DNA from: an uncultured virus (IMG/VR IMGVR_UViG_3300030085_002643) | Lineage: Duplodnaviria > Heunggongvirae > Uroviricota > Caudoviricetes > Kyanoviridae | Strand: one strand, 5' to 3' | DNA: 64,000 bases | IMG/VR virus record: IMGVR_UViG_3300030085_002643 | In this document: positions 55,101 through 64,000 of the stretch, piece by piece | Layout of the letters: each line of letters begins with the position of its first letter | How positions within the stretch are numbered: position 1 is the first letter of the stretch | Position numbers and translations under genes: made by a program | The notes under the pieces: generated by a model | What the model saw: only the letters and a program-made list of their open reading frames with translations | The model's database searches: none | What the model was told of the DNA's origin: nothing

Positions 55101-58100
55101 ATCTATAATGGAACTTTCTTAGTTACATCTAGAGACAGTAGCACTGTATTCCAATATCAACTACCACAACCTGCTACAGTTGTACCTCAAGGTAATATTC
55201 TTGTATCGGTTGACCTTAATAAAGGTAAGTCTGATGATGCACCAGTCTTAAATTCTATTGGTCCTTATACAACTAATATTCAAAACTCTTTCTTTAACGA
55301 TAATTACGTTTATGTTGCCTCCACAGGTATTCCGAACTATAAGATCGGTCCTTTTCCTGGTTCGGCACTCTTACCTGGCAACCAACGTAAGTTAAATCGT
55401 TTCCCCTTAGCATCTACTACAATCTCTACAAAAAATGATATTGTATCTGGTCCTATTGGAACATGGGTAAACGGTGTCTCTGTATGGTCTTATAAGTCTA
55501 CAATCAAGAAAACTTTTGGTGCTGTTACTGCCATCGATATTTCTAATGCTGGTTCTGGTTATGATGCCGCTTCTCCTCCAAATATTACTATTTCAGGTGG
55601 TGGTGGATCTGGTGCTACATCTACAGTAACCGTCAATGGTTCTGTTAGTGAAATCACAGTAAACAATGGTGGATCTGGATATACTTCATCTCCTCTTGTT
55701 TCTATTGCAGGTGGTGGTGGATCTGGTGCTGCAGCAACTGCTATTATCACAAAGGGTGTTGTATCTAGAGTTCTCATTAACGATGGTGGAACAGGATATA
55801 CATCTCAACCTACAATTACTATTGTTGGTGGTGGAGGATCTGGTGCAACTGGTACAGCATCTGTTCGTGGTCCTATCAAAACTGTTAGTATCACCAACGG
55901 TGGTGCATCTTATACTTCTAATCCTACTGTTACACTAAGTTCTGGTAGCGGTGCAGTTGCTCAAGCAATTGTACAGAATGGTCGCATTATCTCTATTGCA
56001 ATTATTTCTGCTGGTTCTGGATATACGACTGCTCCTGAAATTACTATTCAGGGTGATGGATTTGGTGCTGTTGCTCGTGCAACCATTGATGTTGATGGTG
56101 AAAATGCTGGTAGGGTTACTGGAATTGAAATTGTCAACAGAGGTATTGGATATATTCAGGGTACAACTGTTATCAATCTGAACTCTGTTGGTTCTGGTGC
56201 TACATTTACTCCCAATGTATTCCAATGGACATACAACTTACAAGAAACTTCTACACTTGATTCTGCTAAGGGTGGAGTATTTGAAGGATTCAATAATCAG
56301 TATGGTGGTGAATATGCACATATTTCCAACCCGCAAAGACTGAGATATATTCTTGGTGATAACCTGTTTGAAAATACTTCGGGTCAAATCAAAGAACAGG
56401 AAGATCAACTTGATCACTCTCCGATTATTGGTTGGGCATTTGATGGTAATCCGATTTATGGTCCTTATGGATATTCTGATCCTACTGATCAGAACTCATC
56501 TATTGCAAAGTTGAATACTTCTTATCGTCTCAAAACTAATCTTGTATTCGATGCCATTAATAATCCATATCCCGTAAGAACTGCTGGTCCTCTGCTTACT
56601 GATGAAGCAGCAGGTAGATTTGTTGAAGATTATGAGTATGTCTTTAACTTAGGTGATTTGGATCAATATAATGGTCGTTTCTGTAAAACTCCTGACTATC
56701 CTCAGGGCAGATATTGTTATTTTGTAACCATTGATTCTACTGAAGATGGTAATCCCCTCTTCCCGTATGTTCTTGGTCCTAGTTTCAACTCTGTTGTTGA
56801 TAGTTGGAACTTAAATGCTGATGCAGTACAACAAAATATTCCTACTGGTGTTGTTAGATATCGTGATCCTTATGAAAATGTAGATATCGATGTTGAACGT
56901 GCTCCTAATGCATCTACGAATGCATTAACGCTAGAGAACGGCGATGTTCTTCTGTTTGAAGTAGAAGATGAAGATAGAAGTGGAATTATCGATCAATCGG
57001 AAATTGATGATCCTGATCAGGTCTTTGAAGAATCTCCTCTTCAACTCTTTGACTATTTCCCTAAAGTAAAACTTGATTCTAAGGTTGACATTGAAGTTGA
57101 AACAATTACTAAGTTTGAAGATGCTTCTGTCACAGGATTTACTATTGAAAATGCTGGTGTAAGTTATCAGGTAAATGATAGATTAGTATTTGATAATACT
57201 GATACTGATGGTTCTGGAGTTTCTGCTCGTGTTTCTAGAATTAAAGGTGAATCCGTATTAACTTACGGTTTTGAGAATACTAGTGGTTTGAATTATGGTC
57301 TTCTTAAAACTACAAATCCGCATAACTTAGTTGCTGGAGATACAGTATTTGTAGATTACAATCCTGTAATGGACAATACTAATAAGTCTTATGTTGTACG
57401 TCAATATAAAGGTATTGAAGAGATTGTAATTGATCAAACTGGATCTGGTTATAATACTGATATTCCACCAACAATTATTATTGATGGTAATGGTTCTGAT
57501 GGTAAATTAGAAGCAGTTGTTAGTTCTGTAGGTTCTATTGATACTGTTAATATTCTCAATTCTGGTTCTGGATATACTTCTAATCCTAGAGTTATCTTAT
57601 CTCACCCACAGGTATTCAAAAAAGCAGATTACTATGTTTCGTTGATTGAAAATGAAAACTATGTATCGGTAAATGATGTCTTTGTTAATGATAACAAAGA
57701 AGTATACGTTTGTGGTAAAACTCACGATATATCTGATAATGTCGTTGCTTTTGTTGCAAAACTTTCTGCAACTGGTGTTAAAGAATGGGAAGCAACTTTA
57801 GAATTAACTGGTGGTTTGGATGATGCAGAATTCCAAAAAATATATGTTGATGGTAAAGATATTTGGATTGCTGGTAGAAACTATCCTAATTCCACTATCT
57901 TAAATGCTTACAATCCCGATATCATCTTAGTCAAATATGTAGAAGCGACTAACGGTCTTAGTGCAACTCTTGCATTCCAAAAAGCATATGCTGGTATTTC
58001 TGGTTCTACTCGTTCCGATGAAATTACTGCACTTACAAAATACTCTGATACTAGATTTATTTTAGGTGGATTTACAAATACCAACTCTGGTGTTCCTTAT

Positions 58101-61100
58101 GATGCCTTCCTTGCTTTAGTTGACACTACAGGTACGTTTGCGATCAAGAGAAAACTTACATCAGCAAACAGTTCCGAAAAAATTACTGATATTGTAGTTA
58201 ATGGAACTGATGTATTTTACTCCATGGAGATTGCAGCTACTGCGTCTGCAACTGCTATCGATGTTGGATTCGGTAAAGCAACCATTGGAACAAATGTTAT
58301 TGAGATTCCTTGGATCAAGAGAATTAGCAATACATTGTATTCTTTCTTAGATACAAGTCTTGCAATTGATGAATTCAATGAAGCATATATTACTTCTACC
58401 ACCAGACTCAAGTCTGATAATACAACTAAAGATGGTTTCTGGATAGGTAAGTTTGACACCACAGGTGATTTAATTTATAACAAACGTTATGCTGTCAGTG
58501 GTGGAACTATTACTGCTGCAAGCAAGTGTGTTATTGATATTTTCGGTGATCTTAATGTAGCAATTAGTAAGATCGCTACAACTGATGGATTGCGTACTGC
58601 AGAATGTATTAAACTTGGATATGATGGTGTAATTAAGAATCATACTACTCAACAGTTTAATATCAATAATATTGAAGGTATTACTGTTAATTCTTTAGAT
58701 GTTGATAATTCTGGTGATATTCATCTGTTTGGTCAGACTTCTTGGAATAGGAACGAATTTATCTTCCCATTCACATCTGGATCTAATGCCGATACAACTG
58801 GTCATTATACTTTAACATCTACATCAACTACTAACTCTATCACTTATGCTGATAATGTTGCTAAGATTTATGGTTATAATCCTGCAGGATCTAACTCTAC
58901 TTGGGTAAATTCGCATCTTAAAATTACTTCTGCTCAATTAGGAACAAAATTAGCAGGTGATTGGACTATCGAATTTGCATTATACAAGGAAGCAAGTTCT
59001 TCTGGAACATTATCTCAAACACAACATACATTAGTTTCTATTGGTGATGCCGAAAACGCTACAGGTGGTCTTTGGTTATACTATGATGTTTCTAGTGGAA
59101 AACTAGAATTAGTAGTTACAAATAATACTACTAAGATAAATTCTGCAGGTTCTGCACTTCAGTCTACATTGACTACAATGTTTGCTGATAATACTTGGCA
59201 ATATATTGGACTTAAGAAAGAAGGTAATCAATTCACTGCATATGTAAATGGACTTCAAGCATTTACAGGAAGTGTTACTAATACTGCATTAGGTGGTAAA
59301 GATCTTCTGTTTGGTCAAATCACTGGTAGAGATACTACAGCAGGATCATTCCGTAAGAATGAGCAAGGTCAATACTTTATCGACCATCTTAGACTTAGAA
59401 ATAGAGCAGTTACTCCTACTGTACCTACTGATGTTACTGCATTCCCGACTGCTGGTGCTTTCGCCTTTGCATACACTTGGGTTGATAGTGCGTGGTTTAC
59501 AACTAATCTGAACAAGTATGATTACATTGATTATGTTGGTTGGGGTATTAAGATTGACAAGAACGCTGATGCTGCTCGTATTGGCACACAAACCGCTCAA
59601 ACTAATACTCAAGTTGGATTTGTTCGAGCATCGGTTGCAGCAGTAACTCCTGCGACACTTACCGTCACAAATACTGGATTTAGTCTTGGTGATGCTGGAT
59701 TCCAGAATCTCGACTTTGATGATTCCACTATTACGATGACTGCGGGCACAGAATCACTCACCTATAAGCAAGATATTTGGAGTTCTAGAACAGCAACTGT
59801 TCCTTCACCAGGTTCTCGTAAACTTAAGGTTACTGCTGTTGTCAAAGATAGATATTATTTCAAAGTTACTCCTACATCCAAGATTGATAATATTCAAGAA
59901 TTGACTATCAATCAAGCATTTAATTTCACTGTAGGAAGTAAGTTACGTCTGAATAATAATTCAGGATCGTTCATCAATAGTGGTTATATTGTTTCCAAAG
60001 ATACTGTTAACAACAAGATTTATCTGGCAGTTAATAACAATACTTGGACAAATGATTTGAACACGGGTCAACTGGTAACAGAGCAATTTAGTGAACAGTC
60101 TACTTACGGTATTGTTGGTCCTATTCCTAACGATATTAATGAAATTACATCGTACAATTTTGCACAAGTAAATAACACAACACCTGGCACATTTAATATT
60201 GATCTTGACAAGTATAATTTAGATGGAACTTATAATGCTGCAGGTGGACAGAATTTAGATAGTTTTGCTAAATTTAAACCACACAGTGATACTGATTACT
60301 CAATTAGAATTGATGAAGTTTCTGGATCTTCTCCTTATATTGTAGGTTCTGTAATTACTATTACTGCTTCTGATATTAGTTTTAACTCTGCTTATTCTAC
60401 AGCACAGATTACCAATCTTACTGGTGTTCTGAAGATTACCTTAATTGCAAACTTGACTAAGATTCTTCAAGTTACTGCTGTTGCAAATAGCGATCAAGTA
60501 TATGTTATCACAGGAACTAATCATTATCTAAGTGAAGGATCAATGCTTTACATTGATGGTAATCCTTCGCAGACGGTTAATTCTGTTGTGTATGATGAAT
60601 ATGATGGTTCTTTCGCAGTTTCTTCAATTGTTAGTGCTAGAGAATTTGTATATAAACTTCCACAAGCAGCAATTACTGAACCTGCTACCACAGCAGCAAA
60701 TGTCAGTATTTACGTTAAGTCTCCTGTTCTGAAAATGTATTATGGACATCAATACTTGTTTGATGTCAGTCACTCCTCCATGGCAGGTGGTAACTTGTCC
60801 TTCTCTAAGGATAACTTAAATAAACTGGAATATTCCTTTAACTCTATCGAAAGAGTTGGAACACCAGGTATCACAGGTGCTGGTATTGCCAATCCTACAG
60901 TAAAACTTAAAGTCGATGAAGGTATTGTTACCAATATTTCTTATTACTTTGATCCTTCTAGAACTGGTGCTGATTCCCCTGTTTCCGATGGAAGTTATCT
61001 TGATGTTACTAACTCTCCTTACAAAGGTACGTTCTTAGTTGAATCTGTTCAAGGTGCCACAATTACTCGTGGTGCTGATATTATCAAATTCCCTCTTCTC

Positions 61101-64000
61101 AACGAACCTGAAGCAGCTGCTGATGTAAATCAAGCATCTTATACTACAAGTTCTGTCAAGGCAGTTGGTTCTATTGGTGCTATTCGTATTGTTAATCCAG
61201 GTGGTTTCTATACAAGATTACCTGTTGTTACTGGAATTCAATCTACTAGACAAATTGAAAGAGTTGCTATTAACGCACCAGGCACAGAATATGCAGTAGG
61301 AACCTACACAGGTGTTCCGATTGGTGGTGATGGTGAAGGTGGATTTGTACAAATTACTGTTGCTGATGGAACTGATGCTGAAGGTGTATCCATTCCTGGT
61401 CAGATTCAAAGTGTTGTCGTAACTTCTCCTGGTAAAAATTATACTACAGCAACTATTGATGTTGAAGCAATCACTGGTATTCTTGGAGCTGGTTTGACTG
61501 GTTCTGGTGCAGAATTAGAAGTTGTTATTCCTGCTTCTGGAACTGGTGCATCTATCTTCACTCAAGGTGATAAAGTTGGTAAGATTAAGAAACTTAAGAA
61601 CAATAACTTTGGTTATGATTATCCTCATGACTATACATTACGTCCTGAGATTACATTCCCAATCAACGCACAGTTAACATCTACAAGTATTCTTGATAGT
61701 ATTACCGTCACTGATCCAGGTTCTGGTTATTCTCAGGCACCTGCAGTAGTAATTACTGGTGGTGGTGGAACTGGTGCTGTTGCTGAAGCAACAATTAAGA
61801 ATGGTCGTTTGGATCAAATTATTGTTAAAGATCCAGGCGCAGGTTATTCTTCTACTCCTACAGTTGCTCTTAGATCCTCTTTCAACTATGTTGTAAACCT
61901 TGACTTGGGTCTTTTACAGTTTGCATTCCCTCATGGTATTGCTAACGGTTCTCAAGTTACACTCAACGTTGTTGATACTGGTGATGGTGCAGACTTCCCA
62001 CTTGCTGCTGGTGCAGTTGGTCGTTTAAACGGAACTACAACATATTTTGCCATTACTGGTTCTGCAAACTCTCTTGAACCAGATCAATTAAAACTTGCTA
62101 TCACTTCAGCAAACGCTGAACTTGGTGACGCTATTTCGTATGTCAACGCTGGAACAGGTCGTCAGCAGTTACTTACCGAATCATTTGGTGGTGGTGCTAC
62201 TGCAAACGTAATCACATCTACTTTCCTTGAAGGCGAACTTGTATATCAAGGTTCTAGTCTTGAAAATGCTACTGCTACTGGTTTTGTTTCTACAAACAGT
62301 GGTTGGCAGATTGGACCTAGAGTTCTTAAGATTGTTGACTATACTGGTGATTTTGTTCAGGGTGAGAAGGTAACTGGTGTAATTTCCAAGTCTTCTGGTA
62401 CAATTAGTGATTTGAACATTGCTAAGGGTGTTCTTGAAATTGGTTCTCTTACCAAAACAACTGGTCAGTTTATTGATGATGTTGGTAAACCTTCTGAAAT
62501 TATTGAGAAAATTCAAGATTCTTACTACTATCAAGATTTCTCCTACGCAATTAAGTCTGCCGTTTCTATTGGTGAATGGAAAGATATTCTTATCAAGAAC
62601 GTACACCCCGCATCGTTCAAAGTATTTGGTGAACTTAATCTCTCTGATTATGGATTTATTCCCAACAAAGAAACTGATTTCCAATTAACAAAATCTGTTG
62701 AACTTGCAAGAGAAGCGATTGTTCCTAATATTCAAAGTTTTGCTCTTGCAGAACCTGTTTATTCAGAATTTAATAATACCGAAATTCTGTTCCGTCAAAA
62801 GAGATTAACTTCTTCAGAGAACATTCTGACTTCTGTTGTTCAACGTATTGACGATATTTCTAGTTTGTTTGATGGCGAAAGAATTGCTTTCCCACTAACA
62901 GTTGGTGGTAATAATCTGGTTGCTAATGCTAATCAGTTGATGATCGTATTGAATGGTGTTGTTCAGAATCCTGGCACATCTTTCAATATTCAAGGTGATT
63001 CTATTGTCTTCAATGAACCTCCTCAACCTCCTGCTAGTGTCAAATATGTGAACGTAACAATTGAACAGATTAATACTGTACAGGTTCAATTCAGTAACAT
63101 TAGTGGTATCTTCCCGAACGTTGGTAACGTAATGGTTGGAACTGCATCTGCAACACGTTTGACTGTTACTAGTGTTGTAGGTAATGATGTATTTGGTTAT
63201 TATAGTGAAGGAACTGCTTTCATTACTAATGAACTTGTAACTGTTGGTGCAACAGGATTTGCTTCTAACGTCGCTGCTGTTACTCCCGTAAATAACATTG
63301 GTCTATTTACATTTGGTGAGAAAGTTACTGATTTCCAAGGCGACACTGCTAAGGTCGAATCAATCAACCTCCAGAAAGGTCAGGAAACTCCTCTAGCACA
63401 GTTGCGCTACACTATTGGACCTTCTACTACCTCCTTTGAGGTAATAGCATATAAAACTGATAATACTGCTGCTGATGCACCTGTTACTGCAGGAACATTT
63501 ACTACTGGTCAAAACTATCAGTTTGGTTCTGAAATTTTCTTACTGAACAGCATTACACAAGGTTCTGAGTCTACAACTCTTGGAGTTACGAGAGCACAAT
63601 CTGGAACCGCTGCTGTATCACAGCAAGAAGATATTCCTCTGTATGGAACACAAATTTCTGTTAATAATCAACTGACTCTGAGTAAAACAACTGGTACCTA
63701 TCAGTCCACACCTGGTCTTTATGATATTCAGTTGAATGAAGTTATTATCGGTTCTCAATCTGGTGTAGTTGCTCGTATTACAGCAACTTCAGCATATCAG
63801 GATCCTGTAACTCAGGAGTTTATCAGTCAAGTCAATATTTCCGAAGGTTCTTCTTTCTTTGGTCTTCTGTTTAACAGAATTACTTCACAGACTTATCCGA
63901 ACGTCGTTCTTGATGATATTTCTAAGTCTCAGGTAAGAATTGTAGATTTCACTGATAACAGCACAGATTACAATACTAAATTCCCTGCAAACGAAGAAAT
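52149..64000 (+). CDS. gp7: giant baseplate wedge initiator gp7-like protein (>3900 aa, runs off the window)
   Basis: Not in ORF track. MNINKVSQSIVSQTPDFIENDYPLFNKFIEYYY; IKTIKDFYTAKGT..S..LFKLLYGE (~54.2 kb); IQDSYYYQDFSY...VHPASFKVFG (~62.5 kb); same frame where spot-checked and at the window end (KFPANEE); TAAATA at 52041-52046. Confidence 0.85.
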   Translation, partial: MNINKVSQSIVSQTPDFIENDYPLFNKFIEYYYRSQEKTGLGQNILNEFLQYLDIDKLNIDILDGATKLVEPISTTTDEIVVESVDAFLKTDGSVLIGNEVVYYESTTASPNIALSPGISYEQVKLKWTTLANLIDSFDGTTTRFNLTSQDSPIAAPSAQHLIVSNYGDILTPGVDYTVDGTQIVYTTAPRQRIPADDSTSTYVTYLSGFVENTIVAIDNLSGGFGDGKRQFTMTRNGSPYEPTVDEYVLAVYDKRLLVPKVDFFIDGDQFIFLTAPLNGRFLSLYSIEAPIPSFGSGALGYSRVDNNGTLTSVSINATGSNYRFEYPPKVSVNSENGSGASVSTLVNGIKSVTLLDGGKGYSDTNPPVVQVQSPTKPGSTAATLKATVTNGSISNLEVVGSGSGYTFTPRITFKQPGGAVLGTPTITNGQITGTIPITNGGFGYTTVPTIYIDEPTGTNPIKATLIPVLTDGVITSVTIANAGQGYTSAPRISVIDPVGAQVLSTTVDTNGRLIGIELLDGGSGYDDVPSVYVVDNRTDNQGNYAGGTGATATAAIFNGRITDINITAFGSGYSQTNPPSIVIQSPPEAKASAEIGLNEVTGFKVNQAGAGYLKAKLVGCSRAASGITAYTEDGNAVFTNTTVASASDANTPVKCLDALFVKRLLDKYTEQFLPDVPELDYKKIDVRTAIKTIKDFYTAKGTSFSISYLFKLLYGEQVSITYPKDQIIKPSAATWSIDTILRATLVSGNPIDIRDGLLTQDADIADTNVQAASALIENYISIKTSDVEIYELVLSEETINGTFTVPYKTKLAEPLGTEDSIITVDSTIGWPERNGEFIIGNGEVVRYKEKSLNQFIECTRSVNGIVEDWDSATEVSSNFQVSVNKGTPQEVVMRIVGIVDAQQTNLTDTGSYYLPGDKLTVSKLGGTGTNAELTTWLYNVKKLITVSGITFGGVNNQSATVTCSNNHGLLVGDQVTIYGANPIIYNGTFLVTSRDSSTVFQYQLPQPATVVPQGNILVSVDLNKGKSDDAPVLNSIGPYTTNIQNSFFNDNYVYVASTGIPNYKIGPFPGSALLPGNQRKLNRFPLASTTISTKNDIVSGPIGTWVNGVSVWSYKSTIKKTFGAVTAIDISNAGSGYDAASPPNITISGGGGSGATSTVTVNGSVSEITVNNGGSGYTSSPLVSIAGGGGSGAAATAIITKGVVSRVLINDGGTGYTSQPTITIVGGGGSGATGTASVRGPIKTVSITNGGASYTSNPTVTLSSGSGAVAQAIVQNGRIISIAIISAGSGYTTAPEITIQGDGFGAVARATIDVDGENAGRVTGIEIVNRGIGYIQGTTVINLNSVGSGATFTPNVFQWTYNLQETSTLDSAKGGVFEGFNNQYGGEYAHISNPQRLRYILGDNLFENTSGQIKEQEDQLDHSPIIGWAFDGNPIYGPYGYSDPTDQNSSIAKLNTSYRLKTNLVFDAINNPYPVRTAGPLLTDEAAGRFVEDYEYVFNLGDLDQYNGRFCKTPDYPQGRYCYFVTIDSTEDGNPLFPYVLGPSFNSVVDSWNLNADAVQQNIPTGVVRYRDPYENVDIDVERAPNASTNALTLENGDVLLFEVEDEDRSGIIDQSEIDDPDQVFEESPLQLFDYFPKVKLDSKVDIEVETITKFEDASVTGFTIENAGVSYQVNDRLVFDNTDTDGSGVSARVSRIKGESVLTYGFENTSGLNYGLLKTTNPHNLVAGDTVFVDYNPVMDNTNKSYVVRQYKGIEEIVIDQTGSGYNTDIPPTIIIDGNGSDGKLEAVVSSVGSIDTVNILNSGSGYTSNPRVILSHPQVFKKADYYVSLIENENYVSVNDVFVNDNKEVYVCGKTHDISDNVVAFVAKLSATGVKEWEATLELTGGLDDAEFQKIYVDGKDIWIAGRNYPNSTILNAYNPDIILVKYVEATNGLSATLAFQKAYAGISGSTRSDEITALTKYSDTRFILGGFTNTNSGVPYDAFLALVDTTGTFAIKRKLTSANSSEKITDIVVNGTDVFYSMEIAATASATAIDVGFGKATIGTNVIEIPWIKRISNTLYSFLDTSLAIDEFNEAYITSTTRLKSDNTTKDGFWIGKFDTTGDLIYNKRYAVSGGTITAASKCVIDIFGDLNVAISKIATTDGLRTAECIKLGYDGVIKNHTTQQFNINNIEGITVNSLDVDNSGDIHLFGQTSWNRNEFIFPFTSGSNADTTGHYTLTSTSTTNSITYADNVAKIYGYNPAGSNSTWVNSHLKITSAQLGTKLAGDWTIEFALYKEASSSGTLSQTQHTLVSIGDAENATGGLWLYYDVSSGKLELVVTNNTTKINSAGSALQSTLTTMFADNTWQYIGLKKEGNQFTAYVNGLQAFTGSVTNTALGGKDLLFGQITGRDTTAGSFRKNEQGQYFIDHLRLRNRAVTPTVPTDVTAFPTAGAFAFAYTWVDSAWFTTNLNKYDYIDYVGWGIKIDKNADAARIGTQTAQTNTQVGFVRASVAAVTPATLTVTNTGFSLGDAGFQNLDFDDSTITMTAGTESLTYKQDIWSSRTATVPSPGSRKLKVTAVVKDRYYFKVTPTSKIDNIQELTINQAFNFTVGSKLRLNNNSGSFINSGYIVSKDTVNNKIYLAVNNNTWTNDLNTGQLVTEQFSEQSTYGIVGPIPNDINEITSYNFAQVNNTTPGTFNIDLDKYNLDGTYNAAGGQNLDSFAKFKPHSDTDYSIRIDEVSGSSPYIVGSVITITASDISFNSAYSTAQITNLTGVLKITLIANLTKILQVTAVANSDQVYVITGTNHYLSEGSMLYIDGNPSQTVNSVVYDEYDGSFAVSSIVSAREFVYKLPQAAITEPATTAANVSIYVKSPVLKMYYGHQYLFDVSHSSMAGGNLSFSKDNLNKLEYSFNSIERVGTPGITGAGIANPTVKLKVDEGIVTNISYYFDPSRTGADSPVSDGSYLDVTNSPYKGTFLVESVQGATITRGADIIKFPLLNEPEAAADVNQASYTTSSVKAVGSIGAIRIVNPGGFYTRLPVVTGIQSTRQIERVAINAPGTEYAVGTYTGVPIGGDGEGGFVQITVADGTDAEGVSIPGQIQSVVVTSPGKNYTTATIDVEAITGILGAGLTGSGAELEVVIPASGTGASIFTQGDKVGKIKKLKNNNFGYDYPHDYTLRPEITFPINAQLTSTSILDSITVTDPGSGYSQAPAVVITGGGGTGAVAEATIKNGRLDQIIVKDPGAGYSSTPTVALRSSFNYVVNLDLGLLQFAFPHGIANGSQVTLNVVDTGDGADFPLAAGAVGRLNGTTTYFAITGSANSLEPDQLKLAITSANAELGDAISYVNAGTGRQQLLTESFGGGATANVITSTFLEGELVYQGSSLENATATGFVSTNSGWQIGPRVLKIVDYTGDFVQGEKVTGVISKSSGTISDLNIAKGVLEIGSLTKTTGQFIDDVGKPSEIIEKIQDSYYYQDFSYAIKSAVSIGEWKDILIKNVHPASFKVFGELNLSDYGFIPNKETDFQLTKSVELAREAIVPNIQSFALAEPVYSEFNNTEILFRQKRLTSSENILTSVVQRIDDISSLFDGERIAFPLTVGGNNLVANANQLMIVLNGVVQNPGTSFNIQGDSIVFNEPPQPPASVKYVNVTIEQINTVQVQFSNISGIFPNVGNVMVGTASATRLTVTSVVGNDVFGYYSEGTAFITNELVTVGATGFASNVAAVTPVNNIGLFTFGEKVTDFQGDTAKVESINLQKGQETPLAQLRYTIGPSTTSFEVIAYKTDNTAADAPVTAGTFTTGQNYQFGSEIFLLNSITQGSESTTLGVTRAQSGTAAVSQQEDIPLYGTQISVNNQLTLSKTTGTYQSTPGLYDIQLNEVIIGSQSGVVARITATSAYQDPVTQEFISQVNISEGSSFFGLLFNRITSQTYPNVVLDDISKSQVRIVDFTDNSTDYNTKFPANEE

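Noticed and set aside
52149..64000. Apparent gene desert with only short ORFs in the track
   Set aside because: Artefact: one long plus-strand frame lacks a stop inside the window; the short ORFs are shadows.

Overview
AT-rich 64 kb segment of a T4-like cyanomyophage (Kyanoviridae-type, Synechococcus/Prochlorococcus host), indicated by cp12, cpeT and T4-type baseplate genes. 1-14.6 kb: gp48 (partial, minus strand, missing from the ORF track), gp4, gp54-like, gp26, gp51, two paralogous tape-measure-like proteins (the second carrying T4-type lysozyme and M15 peptidase domains), gp27-like hub, cp12, a 2OG oxygenase, cpeT, tRNA-Val and gp5. 14.6-17.3 kb: small ORFs, tRNA-Leu and tRNA-Thr. 17.3-34 kb: virion fibre/decoration genes, including three fibrinogen-like paralogs and a Gly-rich protein, an antisense carbamoyltransferase and six 2OG-Fe(II) oxygenases. 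34-46 kb: an early-type region of small ORFs punctuated by nine copies of a palindromic promoter cassette, a nuclease/MTase/ParB-like/helicase/MTase island and a putative origin with DnaA-like boxes. 46-64 kb: a Cys-rich virion protein, PAAR, gp25, gp6 and a giant (>3900 aa, truncated, missing from the ORF track) gp7-like gene. Top leads are a -1 slippery site fusing gp26 to gp51 just upstream of the tape-measure-like genes, the carbamoyltransferase/oxygenase cluster, the palindromic promoter cassettes, the phage-borne R-M-like island and the origin-like region. All assignments come from motif recognition by eye; no searches were run.
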